A stretch of DNA of 63,529 nt, filler included, from Reclinomonas americana ATCC 50394 (lineage: Eukaryota), in assembly GCA_048213135.1 (NCBI GenBank). It is 15 parts of 15 records of this genome, joined end to end, with 100 filler letters (N's around TTAATTAATTAA, not from the genome) between each part and the next. Parts side by side here need not be neighbours in the genome. Positions count along the whole stretch, not along the records: positions 1 to 24,744 come from AFZH01017329.1; positions 24,845 to 32,700 come from AFZH01017332.1; 13 more parts are not named here. The stretch is one strand, 5' to 3'. Below, piece by piece: positions 17,900-28,381 of the stretch (its first letter is position 1; each line of letters starts with the position of its first letter). The notes under the pieces were generated by a model. That model made no database searches. It saw only the letters and a list, made by a program, of their open reading frames with translations, and was not told the origin of the DNA. The position numbers and the translations under genes are program-made.

Positions 17900-18090
17900 C
17901 CCTTGCACCCACTTTTGCTTGTCGAGTCGACCCCCAAAGTTGAGCTCTAACGTTTCCCCGTCACCTCTGTGTGTGTGCTGTGTTGCTGTGCAGATGGACA
18001 CGAGTGAGAAGAAGAGAGAGAGGTGTGTGTGATGTCGAGTGGTGGGAAAGGGGGGAGGGAGACGAAAGTATGTGTTTCTGCTCGATGTTT

Positions 18091-18162
18091 GTGATGAAAT
18101 TCTTGTCGAACACGCCAGTTCTGCTACTGAGCAACCATGACTGATTTGACAAAGATGTCTGA
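18091..18162 (+). ncRNA. SNORD38: Box C/D snoRNA, U38/snR61-type (LSU Am1133)
   Basis: C GTGATGA; CGCCAGTTCTGCT-A-CTGA (18113-18130) vs LSU AGCAGAACUGGCG; D CTGA; 10-bp stem TTCTGCTCGA/TTGAGCAGAA. Confidence 0.92.
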
Positions 18163-18360
18163 TTTGAGCAGAAGGGTTCTACAGTGTGCATGTTTCCTTT
18201 CTATCAACAAATCACGTAGCACTTTAAACTCACTCTACCCTCCTCTGCTTTGCTGCTACTGCAGGCATTCTGCTGACGCGTCCAAGCCACGGACAAGGAT
18301 GTGTTGGTGAGTCGCGTGTCTGTCTGCTGTTAGCGAGTTCTCTCGTGTGTCTTTATTCTT

Positions 18361-18421
18361 ATGATGACATCACTACACGACGGTCTTATGAGAACATCGT
18401 GATTCTATATGTGTATGCTGA
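18361..18421 (+). ncRNA. SNORD35: Box C/D snoRNA, U35/snR73-type (LSU Cm2959), copy 1
   Basis: C ATGATGA; CACGACGGTCT (18376-18386) vs LSU AGACCGUCGUG; D' ATGA; D CTGA 18418-18421. Confidence 0.88.
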
Positions 18422-18618
18422 TTCCGTACTCTACACTGTTGCTTGTATCTGTCGCCATGCTGGTGTACGTGTGATGCTCATGATGGTGTTTGTGACTCGC
18501 AGGCGACGCGAACCGACGTTGAAGACGCCCCGAAGTTAGTTGCAGGCATTACTGCTGAAAGAGGTTTGTTCACTTTCTCTCTTTTCTCCTTTCCTCTGTG
18601 GTTTGGTGGAGCACGTCG

Positions 18619-18678
18619 ATGAGGACACAACACGACGGTCTAATGATATCTCATGATTCATTCGTTCTGCAATTCTGA
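18619..18678 (+). ncRNA. Box C/D snoRNA, dual guide: LSU Cm2959 (U35-type, copy 2) and 5.8S Gm75 (U96-type)
   Basis: C ATGAGGA; CACGACGGTCTA (18631-18642) before D' ATGA; TTCTGCAATT (18665-18674) vs 5.8S AAUUGCAGAA before D CTGA; stem GGAGCA/TGCTCC. Confidence 0.88.
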
Positions 18679-18865
18679 GCACTGCTCCCTTACCTTGTTG
18701 GGTTGTGTGTGTGTGTTTCACTTGTCGTCGCACCAACTCATTTGTGGTCAATTCAATGCAGGGTCTCTCCCTGTTTCGCGAGTCGAATACCCTGCAAGGT
18801 TTGTTTCGTGTGCTGAGCCACGAAAAAGAGAGGGAAGAATATGTAGAGGCGTGAGCTTGCACGAA

Positions 18866-18932
18866 GTGATGAATACGATCACCATCTTTCACCTGAGTGA
18901 CTGTGATGTAAACCTATCGTCAGTCCTTCTGA
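18866..18932 (+). ncRNA. Box C/D snoRNA, guide for LSU Am807 (snR39/snR59/U51-type) plus a possible SSU guide
   Basis: C GTGATGA; TCACCATCTTTC (18879-18890) vs LSU GAAAGAUGGUGA; D' CTGA; C' GTGATGT; GTCAGTCCTT vs SSU AAGGAUUGAC; D CTGA; stem GCACG/CGTGC. Confidence 0.92.
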
Positions 18933-19103
18933 CGTGCTACCTATCTTGCTGCTTGTCGCTCTGTCCACTGCCGTCATCGACTCGTCGTCCCACTTATGTT
19001 GCTTTGCTGTGTATTGCAGGTGCACGGATTGTTGCGCGCTCGGCATTGACAGATGGTTAGTGGTGTCTTCTGTTGGTTGTAGAGCAGTGAGGTGTGGTTT
19101 TGA

Positions 19104-19163
19104 AGGATGAAAGTGCGAACGGGCGGTCTGAAATACAATTGGTGGAAACGCGTTCACGTCTGA
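19104..19163 (+). ncRNA. SNORD43: Box C/D snoRNA, U43/snR70-type (SSU Cm1639)
   Basis: C-like AGGATGA; ACGGGCGGT (19119-19127) vs SSU ACCGCCCGU; D' CTGA; D CTGA 19160-19163. Confidence 0.82.
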
Positions 19164-19330
19164 CATGTACGAGAGGGGGAGAGAGAAACATGAGTTGGTG
19201 GTTTTCTCTGAACGAGCTCTCATGTGTATGTTTTTGGTTGTTGTGCAGAGTGTCGTGCAAACTGCAGGAGTGCTTGTTGAGAACAATGAATCGACTTTTC
19301 AAATTGAAAACAGTCTATTCATTCTTTGTG

Positions 19331-21140
19331 TCATCTCCAATCGGGCTTTGATGACTGCTGTTCCTCCACGTCGGCGGCCTGTACCCCCTTGGCCAGCGCA
19401 TACGAGTGTGCAATACGCCGCACAAATGCGGGTGCCGATCCGACCTGCGGTGCAAAGGTGCACTCGGCCAGCTGTCGCTCCAACTGCGCCGCCTGCAGAC
19501 GCTGCCGTTTCAGTTCGGCCTCCTCGTGCTGGAGCTGCATACAACAACCAAAGAATGACGACTGAGTACGATAAAAGGAGAGCAACACAGGCGCGTACAA
19601 ACACACCCGTATGCGCTCCATGAGTGTGTCGGGGTCCGAGTGCACACGGAGGGCACTCTTGGCGCCGGCGCTGTGGATTTCCGGTCGGAAAGTTGCACTC
19701 TCCATCTCCTTGTTGCTGAGATGCTGGCGAAGCATATCTTGCTTCTTCATGCGCCGCCGATACTCCTCAGTACTGAGTTCCTCGACGGTGCGCGGCCGTC
19801 TCTTTTTCGACGTCTTGTTGATGCGCGGCTGAAATGTGCAGTCGGGGTTGTCGTCGCGCTGCTCCGTGCGCTGTGGTGCGATGAGTGCGCGAATGCGCTT
19901 GACACACACAACACACACAAACCATCCTGTCCATCGAATTCTTCCTCTGCAAATGATACTCCTGCCGCCGCAGAAATGTTGTACCACTGCACGTCTTGGC
20001 CGCCAATTGCTGCGAACCGGGGCACAGGAGGGTCGGTGGAGGCACACTCTGCACAGCCCACGTGCGTGTGTGAGAGAGAGTGACACACAGAGGCAACAAG
20101 AGAGGTGCGGTGGCGACGGCACACCTGCTGCTCCTGCTGTAACCGAACGGAATGGACGTGCGCCTGGCGGGTGGACTCGAGTCGCTGCTGCCGGGCCAGG
20201 AACTGCGAAAATGACTCGACAGTCGACGCAGACGAAGCAGGTCGACCCGACAGCGACGAGGCACCGTCGGCGGCGGCCGACTCTGGCGACGAGCCGTGGC
20301 GCGCATAAATTGGTGTGTTCCTCGTCGGCTGACTCCGCAAACGCGCCTTCTGCTCCCCCTCGGCCACCAGCATCTTCATCATGCTGCTCATGAGATCACG
20401 CGAGGCCGTGACATTTGCCGCCTGCTCTCGGATCTGCTCAGCAGAGAGAGAGGCGTTGAGCGACTGATCAACCAGCGGCGAGCTGGCAGCCGTGACGGGC
20501 GGCGCCGAATATGTAGTCGACGCCACTGCAACAGGAGCGGCGAATGGGCGTCGATAGAAGGAGGAGAAGAAGAAGAAGGCCAGCGTGGCGCATACCTGCA
20601 CCGCTGACGTTGGTCAGCCGGTGAAACGTGGGCTGGTACAAGTACGTCGTGGCACTGGCGAGCGTCGGTGGCGGCGCCGGCTCCTCCTCCGCCGCCGTGC
20701 TGCGCCACGTCACAGACGGAGATGGCGCCCTCCAACGCGACGATACAGACGACGAGAGCGAGGACGGCGGTGGTGGTGTGGGATGATACTGGTTGATCTT
20801 GGGTGTGAAGGTGAACTCGGACTCGGCGGCCGACGCAGCAGACCGGCGTTCTCGTCGCGGTGTTGTGCTACTCCCACCCCACACTCCAATGAGTCACTGC
20901 CAGCACAAGAACAACAGGCAGGAAGCGCGGGTCGACTGCACTGCACCTCTGGCGCGCCTTGGCCAGCGCGGCCCACTGACGGGAACTCTCGCTGATTTCC
21001 GGCTGAAACGTGCACACGGCACTCAGTCGCGCCGCCTGCTCCTGAGCCAGTTCTTCGAGTCGCTGCTGGTTCTTGGCGCTGGCCGAGTTCAGATACAGCC
21101 GTTCGCTGGCACGAATCCCGCGATCTGGGCTTTTCGCTCC

Positions 21141-21176
<36 letters not shown>

Positions 21177-21967
21177 TGCCGGCGTGGCCACCGCAGGAGA
21201 CGCTGCTCCGTGCGTGATCAGCGTGCCGTTCGCATCGAGGGGCGCATCGACCCAGGTGTTGACACGCGGCTCAAACGTGCAATCGGCCAGCTCCTGGTCC
21301 CCGCGCGACGCTCGCTTCTCCTCCAGCTCCTGCTGCCGAATGCGCTGCGCACAACCCATCCGAGTTAACTCCTTTGCCGCAGCAATCCCACCCACCCACC
21401 AAGCACACATCGTCGCCCACCTCTCGCTCAATTTGCCGCTCATAGAACGAGGCTCGTCGACGTTGACTGCCGCCACCACCATTCGACGCAGAGGCACTCA
21501 ACGCAGCAGCCGAGTCCGCCACTTGCGAAGGCCGCTGTTGCAGACACAAACATATGAGAGAGAGAGAGAGAGAAGCAAAGACATTCACCACACAGCACGT
21601 ACCAGCAGCGCATCATCGCTCGTGTACTCTCTCGGCTCACTGTGCACCGCTCTGCATGCAGAACAAAAACATGCACGTGAATGAATGAGTGTTGTGTGAA
21701 ATATCAGAACTCGGATTCTTCAGTCAGTCACACGCAACTTGCCCGCAGATGGAGCTGTGCACGTCGTGCAAACTGTGAGTGAGAACTCGCAAGTCATAAC
21801 ACACACAAGAGCACACACGAAACGAGTCGGATCAAAAGCGACAGTCGGCGGCTTGGTGAAGCGCTCGAATTGATCCCACACAACTCTGTGTGAGCAAGCT
21901 GTTAGGCAGTTGTAGGTCGACCGACCACACAGAGAGAAAGCAAACGCAGCTCGTACGCCTCCTCCAT
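19331..21967 (-). CDS. Coiled-coil protein with repeated (C/F/A)TFxPxI motifs, probably cytoskeleton-associated
   Basis: Motifs CTFEPRVN, CTFQPEIS, FTFTPKIN, CTFQPRIN, ATFRPEI, CTFAPQV across exons; probable start MEEA at 21967; stop 19331. Confidence 0.7.
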
Positions 21968-22105
21968 CGCTGGTGCTGACTTTCCAACCCGACCAACGGA
22001 AAGCAACGTTCGCGCCCTGCTTTTTTTGCGAGATCGTGCGAGAGAAGGTCACCTTCACGCGAAGAGAGAGACACACGCGCCCGACGAGGATTGAGATTGT
22101 CAGAG

Positions 22106-24583
22106 ATGAAGGTGATCATCGACAAGGTGACTACGCAGCGCGGCACGCAGCCGCCCAATCCAACATTTCCGCACGCGTGCGTGTTTGCCACGAGCGGAGC
22201 CTCGGGCGATCCCGTCATGTGGATGTTTGGCGGTGCGGAGGAGCGACTGGCCGGCCGCGTGGTATTCTCCAACGCTGTCTACGCCTTCCACTTTGGTGAG
22301 TGAAGAGGGAGAGAGAGTGCGCGCACAGTGTGTGTCGCTGATTGACGCGTGCCAACTGTCGGACTCAATCATCGCCATGGTGATCGCATTGCAGGCAATG
22401 CCAGCTGGGAAAAGATTGAGCCGGTTGGCGCCGAGTATGGGCCGGGTCCGCGCGCCCTCAGCGGCGTCGCCGCCTGCACTGCCAACAACAAGTTTTACGT
22501 ATTCGGCGGCTACGATGTGCTGGACGGCAAATACAGGGTGCGTGCAAATTCTCCTCTCCTTCTCTCTGTTCCTCGCATACTGCCTCCTCCTTGATCCTCT
22601 GCTACGATTCTCATTATATTTGTCTCTCTTGGGGGGGGGCACAGTGCTTCAATGGCCTCTACGCCTTCGACACGGTGACGCGCACATGGGAGACGGTCAC
22701 CATGAAGGGTACGCCCAGCGTGTTCTCTCTTTCTTTCTTTATTTTCTTGCTCAATGTGTACGTTGATGCCCGTCGACAGGTGATGTGCCAGAACCGCGTG
22801 CCGGTCCCGCCATGGTGTGCGTCGGCAAGTACATGTTCATCATGGGTGGCTCGCAGGGCTCGGATCGCTTTTTCAACGATCTCTACGCGTTTGACACGGG
22901 TACGCATTTCTGTGTGCTCATGCACACCCACATACACGCATACGCACATAAGCACTCACCCACTTCGGAACATTCCGCAGAGACAAACCTGTGCCGCATG
23001 ATCTCCAGCGTGGCTGCACCAGTGAGTCCACGTTGCGGTCATTCCATGTGCCTCGTGGGCAGCCGCCTCTACGTGTTTGGCGGGTGGACTCGACAGGGTA
23101 GCCGACAGCTGTCGCTGAACGATCTGCACATCTACGACCTCGGTGAGCGCTGTGTGGAGAGTGTCGTTCTGCAGCAAAGAAGCACACAACAGCTGCTAAC
23201 AATCGCTGCGCGTGGTCAGACCTCGAGGACTGGCTACCGGAGAGAATGTGCCGCACTCGAGGCGCCCTGCCGACGGCTCGCACCGGACACGCCAGCGTCG
23301 TCGTTGGCTCCAGCATGTTTGTCATCTGCGGCGGTCTCACCAACAACCACCCGCGCAAGTCGGTGCACTGGCTGGACACGAGTTGCGTTCAGAGAAGGGG
23401 CGCACGAAGCTGCCACGCACGCAAGCCATAGAAGGGGGTGCTCACTTGCGTGCCTTGGTGACATGCAGCCAAGATGAAATGGCACCGTGCGGACGAGCTG
23501 CCGCACTGCATCGGCTGTGCTGCCGTCGCCCATCCGACGCTGCCGCAAATCTACTGCTTTGGTGGTGTCGGATTCCGCACCACTCGCAAAGAGGGCGGAT
23601 CAACATTCATCGAGAGCAACGACATGTACGTGCTCTCTGTCGGTGAGTTTTCTCTTTTTGCAAACGTGTACCGTACTTTCCATGCGACACTGCCCTCAAC
23701 ACCACCATCATTCATTGCCTCGTAGCCGACGGCCGCAGCCGCGGTCGCTCCTCACCCGTAAAGTGGGGCGGCTTCAAGTCGGTGCGCGACGAGGCCCACG
23801 TGAGTCACGCGGACGCAGAAGACACGGCAGAAGGCGTGTTCGAGTCCTCATCACGCCACGAGACCATGGCCGCCGCCGCCGCCACGACTGCCGTGGCCCC
23901 GCCGCCACCTCCACCCCCGCCATCACCACAGCAGGTTGTCGCGGTAATTGTCACGCCGTCGGCAGTCTCGACGGCAGTGTCAACCCCCGCAACGACTGCA
24001 TTGTCGACTCCCTTCGACGACATGGTCGACACAACCCTCGACATCACCACCGTCGTGAAGGCCCCGTACCAATCACCACTGCATGGTGGAAGCGGTCGAC
24101 AGTTGCCGGATGACACCCTGATCTTCCCCGTCACTCCGGAGCGCGAAAAGAAGGCACCGGCAAAGGACGCTGTGGCAGCGCCGGCAGAGGACGATTTGTT
24201 CGCGTTCTCCGCAATGGAGCACTCGGTATGTGGTACTACACCCGTGTAAAACTTTTTTGATTTCCTCGCCGCTCACAACCTGCATCCCTTCGCCGGCTCC
24301 CCAGGTTCCTGCGTACGACGAGAATGCGATCGCCATTGGTCACCAGCTCTCCAGTGGCAAGGGCATGGCCGTCGGCAGCAAGATTGCGTTTGAGTCGGTG
24401 TTCTCCGACAGCAGCTCAAGTGCCACTGGCGCCTCTGACATGCCGTTGGCGGTCCCGTTGCGCGACACCACCAATGCGGTGCTCGCCAACAAGAAGAACA
24501 CGCCGAACACTGTCCGCCGCTTGCGAGTGCGCGACGAGTTCTTCCGGTCGGTGCTCGACGGTGAGAGCTCTCCGCCCTTTGTC

Positions 24584-24586
<3 letters not shown>
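22106..24586 (+). CDS. Kelch-repeat protein with low-complexity C-terminal tail
   Basis: Repeats MWMFGG, KFYVFGGYD, PEPRAG..MFIMGG..FFNDLYAFD, SPRCGHS..LYVFGGW, PTARTGHASVVVGSSMFVICGG, IYCFGG. Confidence 0.9.
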
Positions 24587-24645
<59 letters not shown>

Positions 24646-24744
24646 GGACGACGTCGTCGTCGTCGTTGTTGGTTCGGTCGGTCGGGTCGGGTCGGTCGGT
24701 GTGTTGTTGTTGTTCGTTTCGTTTCGTTTCGTTCGTACGTAGTA

Positions 24745-24844
24745 NNNNNNNNNNNNNNNNNNNNNNNNNNNNNNNNNNNNNNNNNNNNTTAATTAATTAA
24801 NNNNNNNNNNNNNNNNNNNNNNNNNNNNNNNNNNNNNNNNNNNN
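24745..24844. other. Artificial scaffold linker N44-TTAATTAATTAA-N44 (also at 32701, 34117, 36349, 39599, 41047, 42158, 43662, 47930, 49236, 52625, 54421, 57619, 61796)
   Basis: Identical 100-bp blocks with a six-frame stop motif. Confidence 0.99.
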
Positions 24845-24891
<47 letters not shown>

Positions 24892-27008
24892 CTTACGCAC
24901 CGGGCCATCCTTGCCATCCTTGCCAGGCAATCCTCGAGGCCCCTGCAGTCCACGCTGCACGACCAGACCAGCGACTATGAATGAGTACCACTGCGTCCCC
25001 ATGTACGCAGACAACAGGCAGGGGAAGGTGCACCTTGCCGGGAGCGCCGTCCTTGCCGTCCTTGCCCGACTGCAAAGAAAGGCAACGGTCAGCACAAGTG
25101 TTGTCACCAAGCGCAGGCACACCAACACATACCAATCCATTTTCACCATCCTTGCCATCGGGACCGGGAGGTCCACGCTGAGGAGCACGCATGAACACCA
25201 CAGAGTGTAGAATGGCATGTTTCTGACACACTCACCTTGCCGCGCTTGCCACGGTGGCCGGGAGGGCCACGAGGACCAGCAGGTCCGGGCTACAAGTGCG
25301 CACAGTGAGTACAAGCAGTCGTGGCATGTTCACGAGGAAGGACAAACCAGTCCAGCCTTGCCGTCTTTGCCATTCTTGCCGGGCTGAGAACAGTGAAGTG
25401 TGAGAGAACGAACAACAACTAGCAGACACACAAGATCGCCGGCCTCACCTTCCCGTTGTCGCCCGGTGGTCCCTGCGGACCAGCAGCTCCGCGCTGTACG
25501 CGCAAGGTGCATGAGTGAGTGGGGGCAAACGAGCCAAGCAAGACAAGCGCCAGGCAACACAAACCGGTCCATCCTTGCCGTTTTTTCCAGGCGGCCCGCG
25601 AGGACCAGCGGGTCCACTCTACGACACGATGCATTCAAGTCAGCATACCACCTCCCTCAGCCGTGCGTAAACAACACCACCACCACACCTTGCCTGGTTT
25701 GCCGCGCGCGCCAGATTTGCCGCGCTGACCATCCTTGCCAGGCTGTGTGTGGAGAGTACGTTTCAGCAGCAGCGGTAGCAATCGAGTTGCACTGTGCACG
25801 GAGCTGAACGACTGCGTACCTTGCCATCTTTGCCTGGCTTTCCTGGGGAACCGGCGGGACCACGAGGACCAGCCTGCGACGCAGTTATCATTGAGTGACG
25901 GTCAAATGCAATGTGTGTGCGTGTGTGCGTGCGTCTCGAAACCTTGCCGTCCTTGCCGTCTTTGCCGTTTTCACCGTCTTTGCCGTCGGCACCCTTTGGT
26001 CCACGCTGCCGGTGACAGGCGGGTTATTCACGACAATACAAAGCAGATAAATGGAAGTGCTCTCGTGTTAACTCACCGTATTGTTGTCCTTGCCGGGTGC
26101 TCCCTGCGGTCCGCGAGGGCCGGCAGGGCCACGCTACACAAAACAGTGTTCAGCAACTGGACACGATCCTACTGCCTCATCGCTCTCCGTCCTCACCTTG
26201 CCGTCTTTGCCAGGCTTGCCGTCATGGCCAGGGGGACCACGCTGCAAATTGCACGTAAGAGATCACGTTGATAAACAAACAGACGAGGAGCAGAATTCAG
26301 TCTCACCGGACACTTTGCATCTCGGATGCAGTTACCGGCCGCAGCACAGCTTTCAGCCAGCGTCATCTCCTCGTCCTCCTCGTTCTCTTGCTCCTCTTCC
26401 TGCTCGTCCACCACTTCATCGTCGAATTCGTCAGCCTCTGTGACCTCCTGTTCCTCCACATCCTCGTCATCCTCCTCGTCTTCTTCTTCGACAGACTCTT
26501 CGTCGTCATATTCATCAGCCTCGGCAAGATCCGTTTCCGCAGCATCCTCCTCCTCTGCCTCGTCGACTTCAGCAAACAGATCATCCTCCTGCTCGCCAAA
26601 GTCCTCCGCTGCTTCGGTCACTGTTACGTGCCAGAGAGTCAGAGAAGAGCAGTGAGTAGGCACCATAGTGTGCGTGCGTGTGCATAGGCGAATCATTTCC
26701 CGCGCAGAAGTGAACAAAACGAGACCAGGAAGTCATGCACACACTACAGCCACCAACTTTGTGTGCGTGTCTCTCACCGTCCACCTCCACATCCGTGTCT
26801 GAGAGATCACAACAGAAACACAAGAGAATCACACAGGGGTGAGCATGAGAACAGGATCGCACGCGCCACAGTGGTGCGCGCGAAAAAGTGACAGGCAACA
26901 AAACACCACATCAGCGTGAGGCGACTCACCAGCATTCGTCAACGTGAAGGTGACGAGCAAAACCGTCAACAACAGCGTCGCTGCAACCAGCAACTGTGTC
27001 AATCGCAT
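24845..27008 (-). CDS. Secreted collagen-like protein 1 (signal peptide, Glu/Asp block, Cys motif, Gly-X-Y exons); 3' end lost at gap
   Basis: MRLTQLLVAATLLLTVLLVTFTLTNA; acidic exon 26.33-26.62 kb ending ESCAAAGNCIRDAKCP; many micro-exons such as RGPKGADGKDGENGKDGKDGK and RGLQGPRGLPGKDGKDGP. Confidence 0.85.
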
Positions 27009-27241
27009 TACACACTTGCACTCCCTCGCGCCGAGAAAAAAAAAGGACAGAAAGCCGTTACGAGGAAGAAATGCGCGCGAAAGATCACCGTACATAAAAA
27101 ACTTCTGTAATGGCGATCTGTTGCCTCTCTGGCGAGCCCATTCGTGGGAGAGGCCACGCATCTCGGCACACCCATGCAGTGCGAGTTCTGGGCGTACGCA
27201 GGGGGGAGACAGCGATCGCGAGCTCATTATCTACGAATTCG

Positions 27242-27803
27242 TCATCGCGATCGGATCTGCTCTCCAAACTCGCCAAACTGCGGCAGGCGACGAATGGAGT
27301 AGCCTCGCCGTCCTCGCCACCACATCACCAGCACAAACACACCATAGAATCCCGGCAAAACACAAACTGCGGGCGGACTCGAATCAACGCAACACCAGAA
27401 AACAGATGACACCGACGCTGCTACGCAACTGCTGCCGCCCACAATCATCGGCAACGCGCGATAGTACTGATCCTCCCAGCTGGCATCCTCACGCGTCCAC
27501 CACACTACACCCAGCACCAACATGACGGCGCCGCAGACAGCCAAGAAGAGACACACAGCAGTGGTGCACCACGGCAGTCGACGATGCATGCGCCGAGCCG
27601 CACGCTCGTGCTGCTTCTTGTGCAGCACACGATAAAAGTCTCTGTGCGGCCACGCGTGTGTGTACTAGAGAGTGAGAGAGAGAGAGAGAGATCGGAACAA
27701 CGAGCGCAACGCACATCAGCTCTGCATCGTCGTGAATGACGCCATCATCTGCCTCGCGGCGTGTGAGCAGTGGAACGGCATCGCGTGCATCTCCTCTGCT
27801 CAT
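27242..27803 (-). CDS. TMEM230/TMEM134-family small membrane protein
   Basis: Two TM helices; PW..AVCLFLAVCGAVMLVLG and LPGFYGVFVLVMWWRGRRGYSIRRLPQF match the family C-terminal signature. Confidence 0.8.
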
Positions 27804-27870
27804 GGTGGCGCGTGGAGGAGACAAGTGACGGACGCGAGCGGACAGCGAGATTCTGTGTGTGCGTCGTGCA

Positions 27871-28255
27871 ATGGCAAGCCGAGTGGCAGTGCCTGCATCA
27901 CTGCTGAGTGAAGTGCGTTCACTGTACCGCTACGCACTGCGTGCAGCAAACACGAAAGTACCGACATCGGCGCGAGGGTACTACACGCGATATCTGAAGG
28001 GTGTGTGCGGCCGCGCGCGCGTATGTGTGCGTGCGTCACATCTGCACACTCATGTGTGCGTGTGCTGTGCAGAGAACTTTCGAGCACACGCCGAGGAGAC
28101 CGACCCGGAGCGCATTCAGCAAATCCTCAAGCGAGCGAGACACGATGTTGAATGGTTGAGTGCGACGTGAGTGGTTCGTGTAGTGCTTCTGTTGCCTTTC
28201 GTTGATCATTTCTCTCTGTTTGTTGAGCAGGGTCATCCGCAAGTATGCCGAGTAA
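27871..28255 (+). CDS. LYRM9: LYR-motif protein 9-like
   Basis: SLYRYALR...NFRAHAEETDPERIQQILKRARHDVEW-VIRKYAE after removing two introns. Confidence 0.85.
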
Positions 28256-28381
28256 AGTTCGTGTGGGGAAAATGAGTGAAAACGTGAACGCTTCATTCTT
28301 TGCTCTTGCACCGTGGGTGTCTCGCACGCAGGCGCTCCGGTACATTCGACGGGGCGTCATGCGGCGATGAAAGTGGCATCC

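Larger units (their letters stand above)
14470..19310 (+). ncRNA. Spliced non-coding snoRNA host gene (~17 exons, 16 introns); ends approximate
   Basis: Short exons bounded by YAG/GT: ..14604, 15041-15134, 15377-15429, 15646-15698, 15911-15967, 16263-16308, 16505-16564, 16774-16812, 17077-17148, 17369-17436, 17723-17789, 17994-~18022, 18265-18306, 18503-18563, 18762-18798, 19020-19055, 19249-.. Exon 2 has stops in all three frames. One snoRNA-like element per intron. Confidence 0.85.

Noticed and set aside
14558..19351. Short ORFs across the snoRNA host region
   Set aside because: Low-complexity, no recognisable motifs, and they cross predicted introns and snoRNAs.
24789..24800. Repeated TTAATTAATTAA motif
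   Set aside because: Artificial six-frame-stop scaffold linker.
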